From Zygnema circumcarinatum SAG 698-1b (taxonomy: Eukaryota; Plantae; Zygnematophyceae): 64,000 nt of DNA. Positions 1 through 11,900 of this stretch are shown here, in pieces (position 1 is the stretch's first letter; each line of letters opens with the position of its first letter). The stretch covers positions 1,612,001-1,676,000 of the forward strand of contig CM074815.1 of the NCBI GenBank assembly GCA_037447605.1, given 5' to 3'. A program made the position numbers and the translations under genes. The notes below the pieces were generated by a model, which did not search any database, was not told the origin of the DNA, and worked only from the letters and a program-made list of their open reading frames with translations.

Positions 1-706
1 TGCAGTGGCGTCTGGACGTGCAGGTAAGCCCTTATGCCTCACTGTGCTTCCTATCAAATCCAATGCCATGGTAAGGCTTTTTGCAAACACAGAGGAGTAA
101 TGGGTGCCTCGAAGACGATAATAGGGTCGTTCTGCAGATGGGTGTTTGCGCTTTTTGTTGGAGAACCTTATTTGCCTGTTTCCGTAGAGGCTGGGTGAAA
201 GAGCCTAGTGAAACTTGAAGCAAATTGCCACAGGGATCGCTGAATGGTGTACTGTCTGAGGGAGTGGGCATGAGTGGCCGATGCCTGTCTACAATATGTA
301 CTATAGGCTACGCATTGGCAGCATAGCGGAATCTGGTAATTAGCACCTTCTTTAACGCGTTAGCACACTTGATCGTATTCTACCTTTTTTCATGCTAGCA
401 GTGGCTTCGGCTTAACGTCATTCTAGATTTGATATGCAGCTTGCAGGCAGGAGCCTGCGGCATCAAGCAGCGCCTTCATTTTTGCTCAAGCTGAAAACGA
501 AGCCCTGCCATGTGACCAGCTCCTCTGAAGGAGCTCAAGAGCTACCTATCGCATTCAGTGAGGAGGAGTCTGCCGGTGAAGATGAAGAGGTGCAGTACTT
601 GGTTTCTGACTTTGAGACTCTGAAGCAAGTTTGCAGGACTCTTGAACAGGCATTGGTAGAAGCAAAGTCCGGAAGGGCCAGACGGATTATGCAATATGTG
701 AAGTGA
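1..706 (+). CDS. COMMD2: COMM domain-containing protein 2, 3' part (exon ending at 23, intron 24-439, final exon 440-706)
   Basis: Spliced translation reads QWRLDVQ|LAGRSLRHQAAPSFLLKLKTK...VSDFETLKQVCRTLEQALVEAKSGRARRIMQYVK*. This matches the COMMD2 C-terminal COMM domain pattern (WRLDVQLASRSLRQQ...LEQALEE.K...RR...IK). Donor cag|gtaagc at 24, acceptor tgcag| at 439, phase 0. Confidence 0.9.
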
Positions 707-1061
707 ATGAAGGCTGGAAAGGATGGAGGTTGACGTATGCATTGCTAATAGGTTTATGGGTGTAGTGGGTATTATGCGGATATGCGTACCCATTAGTATA
801 AAGCTGTATAGACATGTACATTGCTGCTGTGCGGTTGGAAGAGAATGTGACAGCCTTAAGGTCTACTCTGGGGAAGAGATGTGGCATTGAGGAGTCCTGT
901 CGTCAGCTGTTCCTAGGCTCCCTGGTTTAAGTGTATTTTCAACAATAATGACAGAAAATGAAGAAGCAAAAACAGGGGAGAAGAGACACAATAAAGAGAA
1001 ATAAAGAACAGAGAGAGAGTGTGTGTGTGTGAGAAAGGCTGATAAGGCTAATGACTTAGTA

Positions 1062-1520
1062 CACGTCTTATCAGTGTGGCTGATTTCCTACTGAAGAGAG
1101 GCAATACGATATTAGCGCTCTTCATTTCCGTACAGATTTTCCCATTAGACCTCTTGACGCATTCGCACTTGGAGAGACAATAGACACTTGAATAAGCACG
1201 CTCCGCCGAGCCGCCTTTTGGTTTGAAGGGGCAGCGCGTCCAGGGCGGGCGGCTGCCTGTCCCGCCCGCACGAGAGAATCGCCTCACAGGGCCGCCCAAT
1301 CCTAGAGACTGCCTCCCTCCCTCCCTCCCTCCCTCCCTCCCTCCCCTCCCCCTNNNNNNNNNNCCTCCCTCCCTCCCTCGGCAGCACAGCGACATGCTTT
1401 CCTGTCGAAGTACCTCCCGCTTCAACCCTGTCGCATCCGCACATGAGAGATCAGACCACAAAGTTCATCATCCGTGTGGCGGCAACATCATAAATAGTAA
1501 AAGTCGCAGTCATGCGCAGA
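1062..1520 (-). ncRNA. Tentative structured ncRNA / snoRNA-like region
   Basis: The minus strand has ATGATGA followed 10 nt later by CTGA (about 1450-1472) inside a stem, plus a hairpin (tgaagag...ctcttca) ending 14 nt before an ACA (about 1070-1135). No H box or convincing rRNA target was found. Confidence 0.15.
1312..1378. repeat. (CCCT)n microsatellite interrupted by a 10-N assembly gap
   Basis: Direct reading; N run at 1354-1363. Confidence 0.9.
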
Positions 1521-1611
1521 CCGCGCCGCGCGGAGCGAAGTAAACACTGCGAAACAGACCGGCAGAGAAAGAGAGGCGAGGACAAGGACAACACTGACAT
1601 TTCGCAGGTCG

Positions 1612-1912
1612 GACCATTGGATGGCAATGGCTGGACGTTGAATGGTTGGCAACCATTGGATCCAATGGTTGCTAAACATTCGAATGGTTGTTGCGGTCCG
1701 GCGCCATTAGTCTGGAACCATTTGAATGGTTGCCAACCATTGAAGTCAAGGTTGTCGAGAGTAGGCAACCCATCAAAATATTCATACGAACCAATCTTGA
1801 ACCCGCCAATGGTTCAGGAAAATTCCAATGGTTTCGGACCATTCGAATGGTTGCCAACCATTGGAACGAATGGTTGGCAAGCATTGGAATGGTTTATCCA
1901 ATGGTATGTCCA
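1612..1912. repeat. Array of 17-bp palindromes AATGGTTG-N-CAACCATT and half-sites (MITE/DNA-transposon-like subterminal motifs)
   Basis: Perfect copies at 1641-1657, 1725-1741 and 1846-1862; a one-mismatch copy at 1869-1885; many CCAATGG/CCATT half-sites. Spacing is irregular. Confidence 0.7.
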
Positions 1913-2122
1913 ATGCAACATTTGACGCGCTTCTCACAAGTGTGGAATTTTAACGGCCAGGATGTTTGTCGCTCGATCGGGCGCATCGCAGCCGGACATT
2001 TTGTACCGATCGTTTTAGTGCCAAATCGACGGCCTACAAGCGAGCTCAGAATATCGAGAATTCGATATCCAACGTATCTGGATATCCTCGATACTCTACC
2101 TCGTATGGGAGGACGGCGTTAT

Positions 2123-2148
2123 ATCATATCGTATCGTATCGTATCATA
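2123..2148. repeat. (TATCG)n pentamer array upstream of CCDC53
   Basis: atatcatatcgtatcgtatcgtatcatatt. Confidence 0.7.
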
Positions 2149-2384
2149 TTCCATCACCGTCGTCAATCGATACGAGCGGCCCTGGCAGTGGGTTCTATGT
2201 GACGCTGTTACGGTCGACGAGCAACTATCCACGGAACTATTTGGCAGAGAGCTGCTTTAGGGTTCAGGGCCGCACGTCTCCTAGGGTCAGGGTTTAAGGG
2301 GTCAGGGACGAGCAGAGGTCTTGTCGGGCGGTTGTGTTCAGGGCCTCAGGCGGGGGCCAGAGGAGGAGGAGGAAGCCAGCCGCC

Positions 2385-4650
2385 ATGGATGAACGCTGCC
2401 CGCCAGTTCCTGATCAAAAGACTCTTGTCCTTGTGAGTAACTTATTTTTTTCTCATTATTAATCATTTATTTGGCACACACTTTCACTTTTTTTTGTAGA
2501 ATCTCTAAACCCCATTTGAGATGTTAAAAAACTTGACATAATCTGGATTTGATCCGGCCCTAAATATGTGAATCTCCATAGCTCATCAATGTGATTATTA
2601 GCCCCGCGGATATGCGGAATGTTCAGAAATGGGACCTTGGGCATCTCAGATGCCGAAAATGTTAATGGGATCTAACAATCCTTATTGAATTCGTTTGTCC
2701 CTGAAGTCCTGAAATTACCAAAACCTGAACCCTAAATGCTGAACCCTAAATGCTGAACCCTCACCCCTGGGCGCGCAGGTGAACACATTCATTGTGCGCA
2801 CAGTGCAGCTGCTGAACGCTTTCTCGCGCACATGTGAGGACAAACTTGCTGATGTCAGCAGGTGCGCTGCCTCTCTCCCCCTCCCCCCTATCGCCTTCTT
2901 CCTCTCATTCTCCATCTCTCTTTCCCTCCCTCGCTCCCTCCCTCTTGCTCTCCTCTCCCTCCCTCTCCCCCTTCCCCCTATCGCCCTTTTCCTCTCATTC
3001 TCCATCTCTCTCTCCCTCACTCGCTCCCTCCCTCTTGCTTTCCTCTCCCTCCCTCTCCCCCTTCCCCCCTATCGCCCTCTTCCTCTCATTCTCCATCTAT
3101 CTCTCTCTCCCTCCCTCGCGCCCTCCCTCGCTTTCCCCTCGTGCTCTCGTCTCCCTCCCTCTCTCCCTCTCCCCCCTCTCTCCCCCCTCCCCTTCCCGTT
3201 CCCCTTCTTTTGTAGCCCCCTTCCTGTTTGTCTCTCGCCCCTCTCTCTCTCGGCCTCTCCTCCTTTCATTTCTGACAGCCTCCTTCCCTTCTCTCCCCTT
3301 GTCCCCCACAGGCGAGCGCAGCACATTGAGGTGCGGCTGCGGCTGCTGGAAGCACAGCTCCAATCGATGGACGGCGGGAGGACCCCTCTCCCACAGCCCT
3401 CCTCGCCTGCCCCTCCTTCTCCCTCCTCCGCCACTGCCGCCCCACTCCTTCACTCAAAGGCAGAGATGTCCTCCTCCCCCTACTCAGATACTGAGAGGGA
3501 GGCAAGCGCTCAGAGGTGAGAGAGAGAGTGAGAGACGAGGCCGAGTGCGAGAGAACGAAAGGAAGAGAGACGTGAGACCGATAAATTATGCGGATTCGCT
3601 CGGCTTTTTGTTTGACTAAATTTTGGAGTTTTGGGAGTTTCAATAGCTTTTGCCATTTCTGGGGTTTAAGGATTCATGAATTTTGCGCAGATCCCTGCAG
3701 GACCCGACAACTCCCGCAAAGTCGGAATCGTCTTCGTCGTCTGCTTCAACGCTGAGTCTGGGAGTGCTACGTGGCGAAAAATCAGCACCACTTTCAGAGG
3801 GAAATGTCGAGCCAGCTGGCAGAGCTGTTGAAACAAACCCTTCGAATAAGCTGGATGTAAGTTAGTATACATATATAGATACTTATTCAGCGAGAAAGAG
3901 TGAGTGTGTGGGTGTGTGTGTTTAAAGGGACTCTACTCAAGTTTAGGCGAAATGAAAAACAACTGCAGCTTCTAACCATGGATCAGTCAGCATGCATGTC
4001 TGCAGGTGACAAGTCTGCGAATATTTTTCAATTGGCACTAGATTCGTTTTAGGGCTTTTGAAGCGCAGATCATACGTTTGATATTCAATTCAATCCATCT
4101 CTCATGAACATTAAGATAGAAGCACTTGGGATTCATATGAGTGCTCCGTTATATTTAACTGATTCCAGTTGTGGGCCGCGTGGTACCTGTGCAGCCTAAA
4201 GGAGATCCGAAACTTGCTCGGTTTTTTCGCATGTTACATGTGGGCGTGCCGGAGCAGGTGTAGTGAGATCCGCCTCTTCTAGCTGTGACTATGACTATTA
4301 CGCTGCTCTGTAAATTGGTGCAGTGAAAGGAGGGTGAAAGGGAGGGAGGAAGATGGGGAAAGGAGAGACGGGGGAGAGTAAGACAGGCGAGAGGGGCAAG
4401 AGGAAAGTAAAGAGGAGAAAGGAGAGAAAATATTGCAGGAAAAAGGAAGGGGTGGGAGAGAAAGAGAGAGAGAGAGAAAGAGAAGCCTTCAAAGAAAATC
4501 ATGTAGAAAACTAAATTTCTAACGATCCCACGATAAACCATCCTCTAATTCTGAAGACTTATTGAGCCGGTCCATGCGCGCTTGCAGGCCGTGAAGATCC
4601 GGATGACTCAGGAGGGTTTCGACCCCTCTCTTCTTGACGGCGCAACATAG
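2385..4650 (+). CDS. WASHC3: WASH complex subunit 3 (CCDC53). Exons 2385-2432, 2779-2861, 3312-3515, 3691-3856, 3969-4005, 4169-4257, 4588-4650
   Basis: All six introns are GT-AG with consistent phases. N-terminus MDERCPPVPDQKTLVL|VNTFIVRTVQLLNAFSRTCEDKLADVSR|RAQHIEVRLRLLEAQLQSM and C-terminus KGDPKLARFFRMLHVGVPEQ|AVKIRMTQEGFDPSLLD match the two conserved CCDC53 blocks, separated by a Ser/Pro-rich linker. Confidence 0.92.
2728..2762. repeat. 14-bp tandem repeat (ctgaaccctaaatg)x2.5 containing telo-box-like AACCCTAAA, in CCDC53 intron 1
   Basis: Direct reading; complementary tagggttcagg motifs occur at about 2256-2300. Confidence 0.6.
2872..3140. repeat. Three ~90-bp TC-rich tandem units within CCDC53 intron 2
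   Basis: The anchor cccctatcgcc recurs at about 2885, 2975 and 3065. Confidence 0.85.
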
Positions 4651-5980
4651 GACCTTTTTTAAAAACGGAATGAAACCCGTCGGAAAGCAACGCTCTTCTT
4701 TTCAAACCAAATTTGTTCACTAGGTGAGCGAGCAGTCTCCTGAAAATTTTTAAAGTGGTTGTTGATATTCGCTTTTGCGGTACGTGTTTCTTCAACTTTC
4801 AGCATTTGAAAACCATAAACCCCGAAACTTAGGGGCCTACCACACCCAAACTCCAAAGGAAGAGAAGGAAAAGGTGCTAAACGTCTGCCGGCGGCCTTGT
4901 CCAGGTGGCAGCAGGCGCGGCCCGCCACGTGTGGGTGACTGCTATTTTGGAGCTTTAGGGCAACTGGTTTTTGACACATTCGAGATTGGCACTTTGAGAC
5001 TTAGGGTTTTGAGACGTACATAGTCCCTTAGTCTTTTCAAATGACTAAGTTCAGGGTTCGAGATTTTTTCCCCCTTCCTTTTTTTTCACTAAATGCCTTT
5101 TACACGACATCGAATCCAGTTTTACGGCTGGTGTGGTCCTGGCCGCTGTCGGACCGCCACGTAAATATTGAACCATAGATTTCACTAAAAGCTCGTGGAT
5201 AGTATCAAGAAGACTCCGAGAAAAGTTAGCGACCTTAGTCTTGAGACGCTGGTAGTCAAAATTCATTTTTTAGGGCAAAAACAATTCTGTGATAGCGAGA
5301 AGTCCTCGTTCTCAAGTGGCTTGTAATTGACTCCGATGTAATTTTTGTTGTGAAATTACAACTTGGGTATGTAAGATATGAAAACATGAAATCTTTGTAT
5401 TAATTTGTGACCATGTCATTATGTCGCTCTCACGTTGACTGCCAGTTCCGACTTGAATACAAAGGGACAGAACGGAACGAAGCATTATGGAAAAAAGGGA
5501 ACAGAACTAGAACGTGCTTCTCTGCTGTACAATCTCGAAAGCTTAATTTCAGCTTGTTTATAATACACACTATGAGGGGGCAAAGCCTATGCTGATAGGA
5601 GGGCAGTGAGGAGTCTGTAATTGACATTGCAGCAAACAAGCTGTCATGTGAACTTCAACCAACTAGTAGCCCTTCTCTCACTCTCTCCGTCTATCTCTCG
5701 CTCTCTCTCAATCTCTCCCTCTTTCTCTCTTTTTCTCCCCCTCTCCGCTCCCCCCCTTCCGTCCCACCACTCTCGCTCTGTTTCAACAAAGAGTAAAGGG
5801 AAGGCGAAGGAACGAACCCTAGGGGGCTGCCACATTTGATGCATGCATTCCTACCATCCTTGATCAGATTCTCAAAACACTCTAAAACCCTGTCGGTCAC
5901 CAGTTCCCTTCGCTCGGAGAAACTGTTTAAAGAAGAAATGAGCGCAGGGGGGTTGTGATCCACCTTGCGGTTGGCGCGCC

Positions 5981-8900
5981 TCACAGCTCCATGAAGCTGA
6001 GCAGAAACCCACTCACCACGCGGCGCACGAAGGGGTTGGGAATTTGGCGGCAAAGGCGCCCGTCCAGAAAAGCCACGATGCTGGAGAGGATGACATGCCC
6101 CACAATGGTCCAAATGTTGCGGCGACCAATGGGCTTTACCTGACGGTTCTGCTTTGCCCTCTCCTCCAATCTCTCGTTCTCTCCCGCAGTCGTGGGAGAA
6201 AGCTCCGGAGAGGGCTGCTTCGAGTCCTCCAAGTGAAGGAGCTTCCTGACCTGCTGCCGCATGGCTCGGATTATTACCAGCACGGCGAGCTGCTCTAGAA
6301 GCGCTCTCACAGCGGGTCCCACCTGCCTCTCCTGCACATCAAAAGGGGCCCTGCTCTAAGTCGACCCGTCGGGCTAACCAGAAAGGAGAGACGAGGTCTA
6401 CGACGAAGGTCAACCTACTGCGGTTGGGGTCATGGCTGCTAACATATGGATGATGGGGTGATCGATGAAAGAGACGGCAGTCACGCCCAAATGACTTTAT
6501 CGAAAGTGAAGGTTCACTAGGGTCAGTATGACTCACAGTTTCTCCTCGGAGCCGTCGGAGAGAGCGGACCCCTGCTGCGGAGGTCTGGCCAGAAATAAGG
6601 CCCTCTGCCACTAAGAACTGCTTCACTGTGCTCACAATTTCAGAACTCAGAGCAGTGTTGGGAGGGAGGTTCTTCAACACCACCTGCCAATGCAATCCCC
6701 TCCAATTTACAGCCGCTGTCAGGACGTCGATCAGTAAAGAGCTACAAGTTCAAGAGGCAGAGAGAGAACAGATTGCATCCCCTCCTACCAAAAACAAGCT
6801 GGAAAGAACACTACAAAAACAATAGACGATACAATCACCACCGTGCAAGACGACGCTACAGATATGTGGAACAGGCATCAGGGCATGCCTCGTCATTTGA
6901 AACTTTCACTCGAAGATAATCCTGCTTGAACAGTGCGTCCACCATGGCCTGCAGATAGCCCTCTACGTAGACCTGCAAGAAGCCCACTCCGGCCTCCCTT
7001 GTAAGGTCTTGAGCAACTCCAACTAAGAAGTTTGCAGAGCTGTAATACAAAGCTCAGAGCTCTATGACTATGAGTGTCCTCCTCACATCATCCGTCCCAA
7101 TGCTTCTGTCGAGGTGGAAGCGTCTTGTGGCCCCCCCACGCACCACCGCCCCGCGCAGCATCGAAGGCTTTAAGGCGACATTGAATATGCCTCGGCGGAG
7201 CCCATTGAACTGTTTTTAGGGAATACAATGAGCCAAATCATCCCTCTGAAACACATGGAGACTGGTTTCATCTTGCAAAAACCTCTCATTCTGGATAATG
7301 CAGTGCCTAGATTGCACAGCGGGGAGTAACTGAGATTGCAAAAATTTAAGCAACTGCAGCATTCGGTTATAAATGCATCGGACTCGTCAGCAGCAAGTTA
7401 ATGATTCAAGCTGGGGTTACTGCCCTTCTATTGCGTAAAATAGCCGTTACTCTTCTCCAGCCATGCTGGTCAGATGCTGCGATGATGATGAGAAAGAAAT
7501 CATCGAAGGAGGTTCCAAAACAGACGCGTGCTTGCTGTTCTGCAACTTAGCAAAGTCATTACTCTACCCCCCACTCTCAGAAGAGGGATGCCTCCTAGTA
7601 TGAACTGTTGCCAAGTAAGATAGCTGAACAGCAGCCTACCAGGCCGTCCACCCCCCCCGTCTCCACCCCCTTCAGCATGCTGTCCGAAACTTCAGTCACC
7701 ACCGCATACATCAAGTTGGACCCGGCCTCCCGCATCTGCACGCAAACAGGGCAACATTGCAAAATGCAAACTGCACCTCAAAAGGAGCTTATCCACTAAA
7801 ATTTTCAGTAATGTCGTTGGATGCTGACAGCTTCGCAAAGAAAATCTAAAGCAAAGGCAATTGCAAAGTTAAACGGAATGGCATAGAGGTAGCGATAGAG
7901 ACGTAGGAGCCGAAGATCGACAGTATGTACCGTGTTCTTTATTTCCCCAAGATAGCGGAGAGTGCCACCCTTTCCCCCTCTGCGCTGAAGGCCTTTGCGT
8001 AGAAGGCTGAACATGCCTGCATTTCCGGAAACAAGCCATTTACAACACAAAGAAAGTCAAGAAACCAAGTCGACTGCTTCAAAGACATTTTCATTTTTAT
8101 TTAATTTAAAACAGGAAGCATTGCCCTTTGTCGAAATCAGATGCTGAATGAGGCAACTAATTGAGGTGATCTGATTTCCACAAAGGAACTCACTGAATGT
8201 TAATCCCATGGCATCAATTGAACCATTAGAAGGGTCGAAAAAGACATCGATGGAGGAGGCAGCCGAGTCATCAAAGAGAGAGATGAAGCTTGGCGGTAAG
8301 AGTTTGCTCCCTCGGGCCACATAAACAGCTCGCATCCCATACCTGCTTGAAAGTGAAGCTCTGAGTTAGAAATGAGAAACTCGGTTTTCCAGCGCTAACC
8401 CACTGAATGCATGGCTCAGTGCAAGTCCATAATCAATCAAAGAAGCCGTTCGTTTCTAAACAACACTGGTAAGAATCCGATGAACCACATCAAAACTAGA
8501 GATGTAACGTGAAATAACTGAAGATCTGATCATTTCCAATCTTATTCACAGTCAGGCTAATAAATAAGTAGAACAAAAATAAAAACTTGAACAAGGATCA
8601 ATCCCGTTTGAATGCATGTGTTTCCCAGGAGTCTACCCAACAAGCTGCTCTCCTTACCAGGAGTAGTGCTGAGCGCACTTGAGAGCTAGTTGTGTATACG
8701 ACAGCAATGCATGCGTCAGCAGCACACCGTTCAACTCAACTACCATTCCCTTCACTGCCGGAACCTGCGTTCATAAAGAACAGATTCTTCCTATTTCAGA
8801 AGGTGCATTAGTGATAAACTGAACAAGCACACTTTCCAGGGCTACTGGAAGGTCTACTAATAGGAGTTCTGAATAGGATGGTGCTGATGAATGCTTGCAT

Positions 8901-11900
8901 AGGTGAAATGGGTTGGAATTTTTCACAATTTTCTAGCGAGGCTTCACAAGGACAAATCATGCTTACTTGAATGACAGAGTGAAGCAGAGCTCGAAGGGCT
9001 TCTTGCGCCGAGGAATAGTCTCCTTGAGCAGCCCCAGGTTGGAAGCTAGCCTTCACCTGCATCAGATGTCCATGTGGGATGTTCACAGAAGGGCCTAAAC
9101 ATCAACCCTTTGATCCTTTTCCCTCTTCCATTACTTCACAAGAACAGATGAAGGCGATCATGAGCTATTCCTTGAACGTTCCACTTCGGCCCAACCCCAC
9201 CCAAGAGGTGCCATTCCGAGAGGCTGACCTTGATAGGGTGAATCTCGAAGCGTTCGAAGTAGATTGGAGAAGTTGGGGGGTAGGTGTAGGGAGTAGCCCG
9301 TAGACGAGTGAAGGGCACTATCTTCATCAGGGTGTCCTCGTCTAAGTTCAGCTCCAATTCCTGCTCCCAAGAAGCACCTCACATTATGGAGGCTGCCTTT
9401 TCCATGGATACATATGCATTTATTTGTCTGGGGCAGGTCGCATTGGCTATAGTCAGACAGCAGTTTTATCTCCTTGACGTGTATCTCGTATCTGCGACCC
9501 GCATACTTTCAGTAGATAGGGAAAGGGATTACCTGTAGAAGAATAGACACGTAGCGTAAATGCCGTGGATCTGACGATCGACGGTTCAAAACAAGGGCTG
9601 AATGCAGAACGTTCCCTCCTTTCTCTGACTCGCGTGCAGGCCGAAGCAATGCCACAAAGGGCGCTCCCTTCCACTTGGCGTCCATATCTGTGGTCTGCAT
9701 TAACATCCAAAGGTTCATATCATGCTGTTCTAAGGAATAATACAGGCAGGACGAGCGCATAACCTGAGCAAATCTATACGGGGGAGACATGCTCAGCCAA
9801 CTTCCTTAAGAGTAAAAAAATTTAACGTCAAGCTGCATCTGCAGTAGTCTAGAGGTCAACAACATGCATACTCTTGCTATACATCCGAAGGTCTCAAGGA
9901 GATTTGCTCCATGATGTGCATCTGCAGAACAGTCTACAAGCAAGCAGAACCAGGCATGCAGTCAGCACAAATTATATCTGCAAGAATTGATGAAATAAAT
10001 TCAAGCTTCATGTCACACACTTACTATCGAAACTGTTGCCAGAATATTGAGCCATACCTGAACTTTGAGTTCGAATGACAGGGAATCCTCTGTGAGATCT
10101 AATTCAAATGTAGTGCCTGTGACTCGTATGTACAAGAAAGGTAACTTTTCAGGTGTTTCCTGACTCTGTGACGTCCCCCCCCAGGAACAAAATCAGGCCT
10201 ACGTTGTGCATAACTTTGAATTGCTTCTCCGGGATGAACTATGTGAACAGTGACAAAAGGGGAACTACAGCAACTTCTCAACGTGAGAACCCAGACTCCT
10301 GAAGCGAGTATCGCTCAACAATATCAGTGTGCAGGTTATACCGAACAGGCTTACATTTACCAGTAACATTTCAAAGCCCGAAAAACCCAGGAATGACAGG
10401 AATCTCCTGCGGAAAAATCTCTAGTATTACCAACTAACCAAACCATAGTCCCTTCTCAGCCCCCTCACCTGCTTAACAGTTTCCAGCGCAGTTAGTGTGA
10501 TCAAAGGCAGCCGCACATCTGCCTCAAGTACAGGCCCGCGCCCTCCCATTATCCCCCACTCGCTGCGCTGCTCTCCCGCAGGGCAGACGCGCACTACCCG
10601 AGTTGGGCCCTCTCCATATATTTCGAGCCCCAACGGCCCTCTCTCTCCATAGCTCCTCCCTCCCTCTCCCTCTTCTACATCAGGATGTCCCCCAAAGGGA
10701 AAATCAAAGCGAAGGAGCGGATTTCGCCTCGACCGAAGAACTTTCCATGGCCGAATTTTGTCGAGGCTTACCTCTTGTTGTGCTTGCGAACCTGCGCAAT
10801 AGCAACAGTACACAATGTAGCCTGAACTTCCTATGTGGTTGAGATTGAATCCGCGTTAGCAACTGAACTTGGAACAAGGTAATAATAGAAAGAACGTTAC
10901 TTCACCTGCAACAGAGACAAGAAGTTTGCGTGGGAGGTTCAAATCATCCCACACATAACCGATTGATCCTCCCGGCTCCAACACCTCCATTTCCTCCAAA
11001 CCCTGCGGAGGAGAGAATACGAAATTCCGTGTTTTTTTATCATAGAATGCATTGACATTGGATTTGCATAACCATACAACAGAGCGAAAATAAAGTACTG
11101 CACCTACTGCACACTCAATACCCGAAGTTTATCATGTTTATACGGTCAAAATCTGCCTCCAAAGTCAAACTCCACCGACTTTTAAAGTTCCAAATAAATG
11201 GGAGATCTTTTACCCTTAAATATCCCGGGCAGCACCAACAGAGTGAAATGCTGAGCAGAACATCTGCATGTATATCTCCAGCTTCATACTCACTTTCTGA
11301 CAAAAAGAAATCGAACTGGAGCTTAATCGATTTTCTATTCGATACGGCACAGCCTCTGCCTCGAGCAGCTTGAGGCACATCACTAGTGAGGGGGGCTCAT
11401 CTGACACTTCCGCCTGCAGAAAGCGAATGGCTCGTACGCCTCCCACTCCCTTGCTCATAGTCATAGAGCGAGCCATAGAGCCTCGACCATCTCCCATATC
11501 TCGCCCTCTCCCTCTCGCACCCTCCACATTTTGCCTGCCGTCACCTCTCGCTGTCATTGGCTGTTGGGCATTTTCATCACCCGAGCTTCCCTCTCCTGCA
11601 CTTGCTCTTACCTTAAGAGAGAAGCACCCAAGTGAAGCAGGGCAGATGGGGCCTGACCAGTCCCATTTTCTGCTTCTTGCATCTTCAACGGGCTGAACAC
11701 GTACAGATAGTTGTAAATGTGTGCTGCTGCTTTCTTCAGGGTCTTGCAGAAGTGAGGGTGCTGAGATGGCTGTGGGACTCCCCCGAGGAAATGACTGCAG
11801 ATGGAGGGGAACACGTTCCCCAGGGACAACGCGCTGCCAAGCATCAGCTGCACCCTGGAAACAGCTCCAACCAAACATAACATTTAGAGCAGAGAATGTA

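Noticed and set aside
1484-1510. U5 snRNA loop or 18S-antisense guide (CGACTTTTACTA)
   Set aside because: The flanks do not form the U5 stem, and the 18S match fits the fungal/animal sequence rather than the green-lineage one.
1641-1885. CRISPR-like array (repeated palindromes)
   Set aside because: Spacings of 84, 121 and 23 bp are irregular, repeats are only 17 bp, there are no cas genes, and the context is eukaryotic.
2728-2762. Telomere or telomerase-RNA template (AACCCTAAA)
   Set aside because: The period is 14 bp rather than TTTAGGG, it lies inside a CCDC53 intron, and no Pol III USE/TATA is seen.
2715-3643. Long overlapping ORFs rich in P/S/L or R/E/G
   Set aside because: Translations of the TC-rich intron repeats; only the exon parts belong to CCDC53.
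5051-5266. 71-aa minus ORF as an extra VPS13X exon
   Set aside because: VPS13X already ends with its conserved C-terminus at 5981; no splice support or family motif.
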